NCBI GenBank assembly: GCA_963767925.1
Contig: CAVYGB010000004.1
Coordinates: 1 to 64,000 of the forward strand
Source: an uncultured delta proteobacterium
GTDB taxonomy: Bacteria > Myxococcota_A > Polyangia > Fen-1088
DNA length: 64,000 nucleotides
Direction of reading: 5' to 3'
Made by a program: the position numbers and the translations under genes. Positions 58,488-64,000 of this stretch are shown piece after piece; position 1 is the stretch's first letter, and each line of letters begins with the position of its first letter. The notes below the pieces were generated by a model. That model was given only the letters and a program-made list of their open reading frames with translations. It ran no database searches and was not told the DNA's origin.

Positions 58488-58595
58488 CCGCCCTCCATCA
58501 CCTCGGCGCTGCGCTGGCCCACCCTCGCGCTGCGCCCACCCGCGCCGGACGTCCCTGTACCCGCGCCCATCGTATCACCTCCTCGCCGGTCACGC

Positions 58596-59951
58596 CTAGC
58601 GGGCGCCCCGGGCGGTGAAGACCGCGGGGATGGTGCGCAGCAGGATGGCCAGGTCGAGGGCCACGCTCCAGCTGTCCACGTATTGCAGGTCGAGGCGCAT
58701 CCAGTCCTGAAAGCCGATGTCGCTGCGCCCGCTGACCTGCCACAGGCCGGTGATGCCTGGCTTCATGCTGAGGCGGCGGCGATGTGCGCCGGTCAGCTCC
58801 TCGGTCTCCGACACGGGCAGCGGGCGGGGGCCGACCAGGCTCATGTCGCCCAGCAGGACGTTGAGGAGCTGGGGCAGCTCGTCGATGCTGGTGCGGCGGA
58901 GGAAGCGCCCCATCGGGACCAGGCGCGGGTCGTCGCGCAGCTTGAACACGGGGCCCTCCGCCTCGTTGCGGGACTGCAGGGCCGCCCGCTGCGCCTCGGC
59001 GTTCTCGACCATGGTGCGGAACTTGAACATCCGGAAGGCCCGACCGCGCAGGCCGCCCCGCTTCTGCACGAACAGGGCCGGCCCGGGCGAGCTCGTCTTC
59101 ACCAGCGCGGCCACCGCCAGCAGCAGCGGCAGCAACAGCAGCAGCAGCAGGGCCGCCCCCAGGCGATCGAGGAGGCCCTTCACCAGCAGGGCGGGCCGGT
59201 CGCGCGCGTGGGGGTGGTAGGTGAGATAGAGGTAACGTCCGACAACCTGGGCCCGCGGCGGTACCAGCGCGAGATCGACCTCGTCGATCGGGACGAAGAC
59301 CGGGACGCCCACCAGCTCGCAGGTCGCCACCAGCTCGCGCACCCGCTCGGGCGGCAGGCGCGGCGGCAAGAAGACCTCGTCGATGCCGCCCTTCTGGAGC
59401 TGCCGGCGCAGGTCGTCGGGCTCGCCGCTCGCCAGCAGCTCGACCTGGGTGTCGCGCAGGCGGGCCAGCCGGATGGGATCGTCGGCCACCTCGGCGATGG
59501 GAGGCCGCAGCAGCAGGCTGAGCGACTGCCGCTTGTGGCGCAGGGCCCAGCGCCGCTGCCCCAGCTTCATGACGATCAGAGACACCGTCGACAGCGTCAG
59601 ATAAAGCGCGATGAACGAGCGGTTCATCCGCACCTGGGCCAGCGTGACGATGAGGGCCAGCGCCAGCCCGCCCCAGGCCTGCGTCCAGAGCAAGGTGCGC
59701 AGCAGGACCACCGGCGACCCGGTGAGCACCCGCATGCGGTGCAGCTCGAGCCGCTGCGCGCACAGGGTCCAGGTGGGCAGAAAGGCGAGCACCAGCAGGA
59801 CGTATTCCCGATCGGGCGAAGCGGCCAGCAGCAGATCCGGCAGGGCGGCCGCCAGGTGATCGCGGGCCACCCGGGCCAGGACCACCGCCAGCAGCACCAC
59901 CAGCACGTCCTGCAGCAGCGCCGCGCGCTCGATGGCCTTGCTGCGATTCAC
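58596..59951 (-). CDS. Polyisoprenyl-phosphate hexose-1-phosphate (priming) transferase
   Basis: N-terminal TMs; [38 protein letters not shown] after GGAGG. Confidence 0.92.
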   Translation of the reverse strand: MNRSKAIERAALLQDVLVVLLAVVLARVARDHLAAALPDLLLAASPDREYVLLVLAFLPTWTLCAQRLELHRMRVLTGSPVVLLRTLLWTQAWGGLALALIVTLAQVRMNRSFIALYLTLSTVSLIVMKLGQRRWALRHKRQSLSLLLRPPIAEVADDPIRLARLRDTQVELLASGEPDDLRRQLQKGGIDEVFLPPRLPPERVRELVATCELVGVPVFVPIDEVDLALVPPRAQVVGRYLYLTYHPHARDRPALLVKGLLDRLGAALLLLLLLPLLLAVAALVKTSSPGPALFVQKRGGLRGRAFRMFKFRTMVENAEAQRAALQSRNEAEGPVFKLRDDPRLVPMGRFLRRTSIDELPQLLNVLLGDMSLVGPRPLPVSETEELTGAHRRRLSMKPGITGLWQVSGRSDIGFQDWMRLDLQYVDSWSVALDLAILLRTIPAVFTARGAR

Positions 59952-60033
59952 GGGACCTCCCCCGATCCATCGGCCGCCGGGGAGCCGCCCTAAACCCGCG
60001 CCGCGCCCCGGCCGATGCGTCCAGGTGGCGCGC

Positions 60034-60987
60034 GTGAGGTCCAAACGCATCCTGGTCACCGGTGGCGCAGGCTTCCTCGGGTCGCACCTGTGCGATCGCC
60101 TGATCGCCGACGGCCACGAGGTCGTGTGCCTCGACAACTTCTTCACCGGCACCCGGGCCAACATCGAGCACCTGCTGCCCCACCGGCACTTCGAGCTGCT
60201 CCGCCACGACGTCGAGCATCCGCTGACGATGGAGGTCGACGAGATCTACCACCTGGCCTGCCCGGCCTCGCCCGTGCACTACCAGCGCAACCCCGTGCGC
60301 ACCATCCGTTCGTCGGTGCTCGGCACGCTGCACCTGCTCGAGGTGGCGCGCGAGTCGCACGCCCGCATCTTGCTGGCCTCGACCTCCGAGGTGTACGGCG
60401 ATCCCGCCGAGCACCCCCAGCGCGAGTCGTACTGGGGACACGTCAACCCCATCGGCCCCCGGGCCTGTTACGACGAGGGGAAGCGCTGCGCCGAGTCCCT
60501 CGCCGTCGCCTACACCGCGCAGCACGACGTGCAGGTGCGCATCGCCCGCATCTTCAACACCTTCGGGCCGCGCCTGCACCCCCACGACGGGCGGGTTGTC
60601 TCCAACTTCATCGTGCAGGCCCTGCGCGGCGAGCCGGTCACGGTGGCGGGCGACGGCACCCAGACCCGCTCGTTCTGCTACGTCGCCGACCTCATCGAGG
60701 GGCTGGTGCGGCTGATGGCCAGCGAACACGGCTGCGACCCGGTCAACCTGGGCAACCCCCGCGAGAGCACCATGCTCGAGCTGGCCCGCATCGTCCTGCG
60801 CCTGAGCGGATCGCCGTCGACCCTCGTGCACCGCCCGCTGCCGGAGAACGACCCCGTGCGCCGCTGCCCCGACATCAGCCGGGCCCAGCAGCTCCTGGGG
60901 GGCTGGACCCCCCGGGTCTCGATGGAGGAGGGGCTCACCACCACGATCGACTACTTTCGCGGCAAGCTCGAGCGCCTGGCGGGCTGA
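60034..60987 (+). CDS. uxs: UDP-glucuronate decarboxylase (UDP-xylose synthase)
   Basis: [44 protein letters not shown]. Confidence 0.92.
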   Translation: MRSKRILVTGGAGFLGSHLCDRLIADGHEVVCLDNFFTGTRANIEHLLPHRHFELLRHDVEHPLTMEVDEIYHLACPASPVHYQRNPVRTIRSSVLGTLHLLEVARESHARILLASTSEVYGDPAEHPQRESYWGHVNPIGPRACYDEGKRCAESLAVAYTAQHDVQVRIARIFNTFGPRLHPHDGRVVSNFIVQALRGEPVTVAGDGTQTRSFCYVADLIEGLVRLMASEHGCDPVNLGNPRESTMLELARIVLRLSGSPSTLVHRPLPENDPVRRCPDISRAQQLLGGWTPRVSMEEGLTTTIDYFRGKLERLAG

Positions 60988-60989
60988 GC

Positions 60990-62393
60990 ATGCGGCTGAC
61001 CTACCTGGCCCACGCCTGTTACCTCGTCGAGTCCGGCGGCCGCCGCCTGGTCACCGATCCCTGGCTCGACGGGCCGACCTACCTGTCGGCCTGGTGGCAC
61101 TTCCCCGCGCCCGCCGCCCGGGGCAGCGATCTCGTCGGCGTCGACTATGTCTATCTCACCCACGAGCACGTCGACCACTTCCACCAGCCCACCTTGCGGC
61201 GGCTGCCCCGCTCCACCCCCATCCTGATCGGGCGGTTCCTCACGCCCCGCTTCCGCCGTCAGCTCGAGGCCCTCGGCTTTTACGACGTGCGCGAGCTGCC
61301 CCACGGGCAGGAGGTCGACCTCGGCGGCGGCCTGCACGCCACCAGCTACCAGTACCGGGCCGACGACACCGCGCTCGTGCTGCGCGACCACGAGGCCACC
61401 GTGCTCAACATGAACGACTGCCTGCTGCGGGCGGCGTCGCTCGAGCACCTCCTGGCCCGCCACCGCCGCATCGACCTGCTGGCGATGTCCTTCGCCAACG
61501 CCGAGGCCTATCCCATCGTCTACGACTTCGAGGACCCCGGCGAGCGGGTCGACTGGGACGACCGCTCGCGCTTCGACGCCTTCCTCGAGAAGGTGCGCCA
61601 GGTCGGCCCCCGGGCCTTCGTCCCCTTCGCCAGCATGTTCGGCTTTCTGGATCCCGAGCTGGCGGCGATAAACGACCGCATCGTCTCGCCCGGCGAGCTG
61701 ATCCACCGGGCCGACCGGGGCGAGGTGGCGGCCCGCGGGCTGGCCATGAACCCCGGCGACCTCTGGACGCCCGAGGGTGGCCACCAGGTGCGCAACGCCG
61801 TCGACTGGAGCAACAAGTCCGCCCTCCTCGCCGCCTACGCCGAGCAGCGCCGCGACGATCTGCAGGCGATCCGGGCGGCCGAGACCGTCCCGGGCGGAGC
61901 GGCCGCCCTGCGCGGGCACTTCGCGACCTCCTTTCGCGATTTCGCCGAGGGGATCCCCCTGCCCCTGCGCCACCGCCTCGACCTGGCCATCCGCTTCGAC
62001 GTGCGGGGCCCGGCCGGCGGCGTGTTCTGGGCCCGCTTTCACCGGGGCAAGCTCGACCTGCTCCCGCCGGCGCGCGACGACGCCTGGGACATGCGCCTCG
62101 AGCTCGACGACTGGCCCCTCTGGCGGGTGGTGACGGGGGGCGATAGCTGGCAGACCCTCAGCGTCTCCTGCCGCTACCGGGCCCACCTCCGGCGCCAGGT
62201 GCGCGACCGCGAGGTCTACTTCTGGTTCCTGCTCTACCTGCACGACTTCGGCTACCTCAACCCCTGGGGCCTGGCCACCCCCCGCGCCCTCGGCGTCCTG
62301 CTGCAGCGCCGCCGCGAGCTGAACGAATATCTGCAGGCGCTGGTCGGGAGGCGCTTCGTGCAGAGCAAGCTGCGGGGCAAGTTCGCGGCCTGA
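60990..62393 (+). CDS. Metallo-beta-lactamase-fold protein, CMP-Neu5Ac hydroxylase-like without a Rieske domain
   Basis: HAC, TDPWL.GP.Y..AWW.FP, THEHVDH, NMND, VPFAS. Confidence 0.7.
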   Translation: MRLTYLAHACYLVESGGRRLVTDPWLDGPTYLSAWWHFPAPAARGSDLVGVDYVYLTHEHVDHFHQPTLRRLPRSTPILIGRFLTPRFRRQLEALGFYDVRELPHGQEVDLGGGLHATSYQYRADDTALVLRDHEATVLNMNDCLLRAASLEHLLARHRRIDLLAMSFANAEAYPIVYDFEDPGERVDWDDRSRFDAFLEKVRQVGPRAFVPFASMFGFLDPELAAINDRIVSPGELIHRADRGEVAARGLAMNPGDLWTPEGGHQVRNAVDWSNKSALLAAYAEQRRDDLQAIRAAETVPGGAAALRGHFATSFRDFAEGIPLPLRHRLDLAIRFDVRGPAGGVFWARFHRGKLDLLPPARDDAWDMRLELDDWPLWRVVTGGDSWQTLSVSCRYRAHLRRQVRDREVYFWFLLYLHDFGYLNPWGLATPRALGVLLQRRRELNEYLQALVGRRFVQSKLRGKFAA

Positions 62394-62467
62394 GATGAAG
62401 CGGCCCGGGCACGGGCAGGCCCGCCGCACCCTCGAGCAGCTCGGGCGGGCGGGGGATCAGATTCCCC

Positions 62468-63694
62468 CTAGCGGCAGCCGCTCTCGCTGGCGGTGTCGCG
62501 GAAGGCCCCGTCTCCGATGGTCCACCAGTGGGTGGTGGCGGCTGCGGTCTGGCCGGTGATGTCGAAGGCGAGGGGTCCCGACAGCGCCCGGTATCTGATC
62601 TCCTGTCCGTCGCGCAGCAGCGCCAGGCCGCGGCCGAGCTCGTCCCACCCCACCTCGACGCCGTCCGCCCCCGTCACGGCGACCAGGTGGGCCGCCAGCC
62701 CGGTGCCCTCCGGGATCGCCCCCTCGCGGGCCAGCGCCCGTTGCAGGGCGAACGCCGTCAGGGCGCCGGCGTCGTAGAAGGCGGTGGCGTCGTCGAGCGG
62801 CTGGTCCTGCCAGCGGCTCATGAACTGCGCCCGGAAGGCGTCGACCCCGCCGAACGTGCCGGTGGCAACTCCGCGCGCGCCCTCGAGCATGCCCTCGGGG
62901 ATGGTCTCCAGCAGGGCCGGTGTGTGCAAGGTGGGCGAGAGGTAAAAGCGCCCGGGATCCTGCAGGGCGCCCACCGCGGCCAGGGCGTACACCAGCGAGG
63001 AGGCCGACGGGGGCAGGGCGGCCAGCACATAGGCGTCGGCCTGGGCTGCGAGGATGGGCTGCACCGTGATTTCGTTGGAGGGTTCGCCGCTGGGCAGGAA
63101 GATCCAGGGCATGGCGAAGGTCTTCGTCAGCTCGAAGGCCAGCAGGCTGTTGTACCCGTTGGGATCGGCCACCACCAGCGGGCGCAGGCGGCCGTCGGCC
63201 AGGATCTGGGCGTGCAGCTCGCAGGCCACCCGGGCCGCCGAGGGCCCCATGACGAACCAGGCGTGCGGCTTGGAGAAGTTCGAGGAGGTGGCAAAGCTCG
63301 GCAGGATCATCGTGTGCTCGCCGAGCAGCGGCTTGAGGGGGACCGCGAGGTCGGGGGTGTCGGGCCCGATGAAGAGGGCGGGGCGGGCGGCGAGCAGCTC
63401 CTGGGCGGGGGCCAGCACCTTGCTGGCCTCGCTGCCGGTGTCGCGCGCCAGGATGGTCAGCTCGCGCCCGCCCACGCCGCCCGCGGCGTTGGCCGCCGCG
63501 AAGGCCATCAGCAGGGCCCGCTCGGAGTTGATGCTGTTGGCGGCGAGCGACCCGGAGTACGAGAGCAACACGCCCACCGCGAGGGGATCGCCGCCCGCCT
63601 CCTCGCGGCAGGCCGGGCCCGCCGCCAGCAACACCAGCAACAGCAGCGCGAGCGCCCCGCCGCGCCGCCCGCCCCCGCCGCCCGAGCCGCCCAC
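62468..63694 (-). CDS. Type 1 periplasmic-binding (LivJ-like) ABC substrate-binding lipoprotein
   Basis: Lipobox-like AGPAC; VGVLLSYSG; ANAAGGVGGREL...RDT. Confidence 0.8.
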   Translation of the reverse strand: MGGSGGGGGRRGGALALLLLVLLAAGPACREEAGGDPLAVGVLLSYSGSLAANSINSERALLMAFAAANAAGGVGGRELTILARDTGSEASKVLAPAQELLAARPALFIGPDTPDLAVPLKPLLGEHTMILPSFATSSNFSKPHAWFVMGPSAARVACELHAQILADGRLRPLVVADPNGYNSLLAFELTKTFAMPWIFLPSGEPSNEITVQPILAAQADAYVLAALPPSASSLVYALAAVGALQDPGRFYLSPTLHTPALLETIPEGMLEGARGVATGTFGGVDAFRAQFMSRWQDQPLDDATAFYDAGALTAFALQRALAREGAIPEGTGLAAHLVAVTGADGVEVGWDELGRGLALLRDGQEIRYRALSGPLAFDITGQTAAATTHWWTIGDGAFRDTASESGCR

Positions 63695-63695
63695 T

Positions 63696-64000
63696 TCAGC
63701 TCCCTCCGTGTTGCCGGATCGCCTCGTTGGCCGTCTGCTGCATGTCCTGGAGGGCCTGGGGGATGGTCTTGTTGCCGGCCACCGCCGCCCAGAAGTTCGT
63801 GACGAACGCGCCCGACACCGTCTCGAAGGCCCCCACCGGGATGTAGCCCACCCACTGCCCGTGCTCGAGCAGGGGCCGCACCTTGGCCAGCATGGGGTTC
63901 TCGTTTTCGCTGATGGCGGTCACGCTGGCCCGCAGCGCCGGGATGGCCCCGGTGACCGCGGTCCAGCGCCGGACCGCCTCCGCCGACAGCGCCAGGGCCG
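63696..64000 (-). CDS. C-terminal part of an extracellular solute-binding protein (runs off the window)
   Basis: Open frame to the window edge, ending AVAGNKTIPQALQDMQQTANEAI, typical of sugar SBP C-termini. Confidence 0.6.
   Translation of the reverse strand, partial: ALALSAEAVRRWTAVTGAIPALRASVTAISENENPMLAKVRPLLEHGQWVGYIPVGAFETVSGAFVTNFWAAVAGNKTIPQALQDMQQTANEAIRQHGGS

Overview
GC-rich bacterial DNA, most consistent with a myxobacterium (Myxococcota) given the Pro-tethered lipoproteins, Cys-rich repeat lipoproteins and a sigma54-type pilA promoter; this taxonomy is inferred. From left to right: (1) 0.5-9.1 kb, three PQQ-type sugar dehydrogenase (GSDH) lipoproteins, two diheme c-type cytochrome lipoproteins and a P450; (2) an intact ISKra4-like IS with 15-bp TIRs and an 8-bp TSD; (3) two tandem Cys-rich lipoprotein paralogs with a near-identical core and different tails; (4) feoAB, an oxidoreductase, a tandem FKBP, an RRM protein followed by an RpoD-like sigma, galE and a rearranged 2-oxoacid dehydrogenase operon; (5) the top candidate novel system, ECF sigma / zf-HC2 anti-sigma / unknown protein / possibly exported TPR-CHAT (caspase-like) protease / second ECF sigma, with an identical bipartite motif GCTGTAACG-N16-CACCTCCTCC upstream of both the anti-sigma and the second sigma; (6) pilA and fadD; (7) a ~21-kb surface-glycan region with an unusual cytidylyltransferase-mutase-methyltransferase-racemase-TagF/methyltransferase module and an embedded c-di-GMP/two-component block; (8) ABC solute-binding proteins. 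Several single-base indels in homopolymers may be assembly errors. No CRISPR array, rRNA or tRNA was seen. All calls come from motif recognition by eye; no database searches were run.
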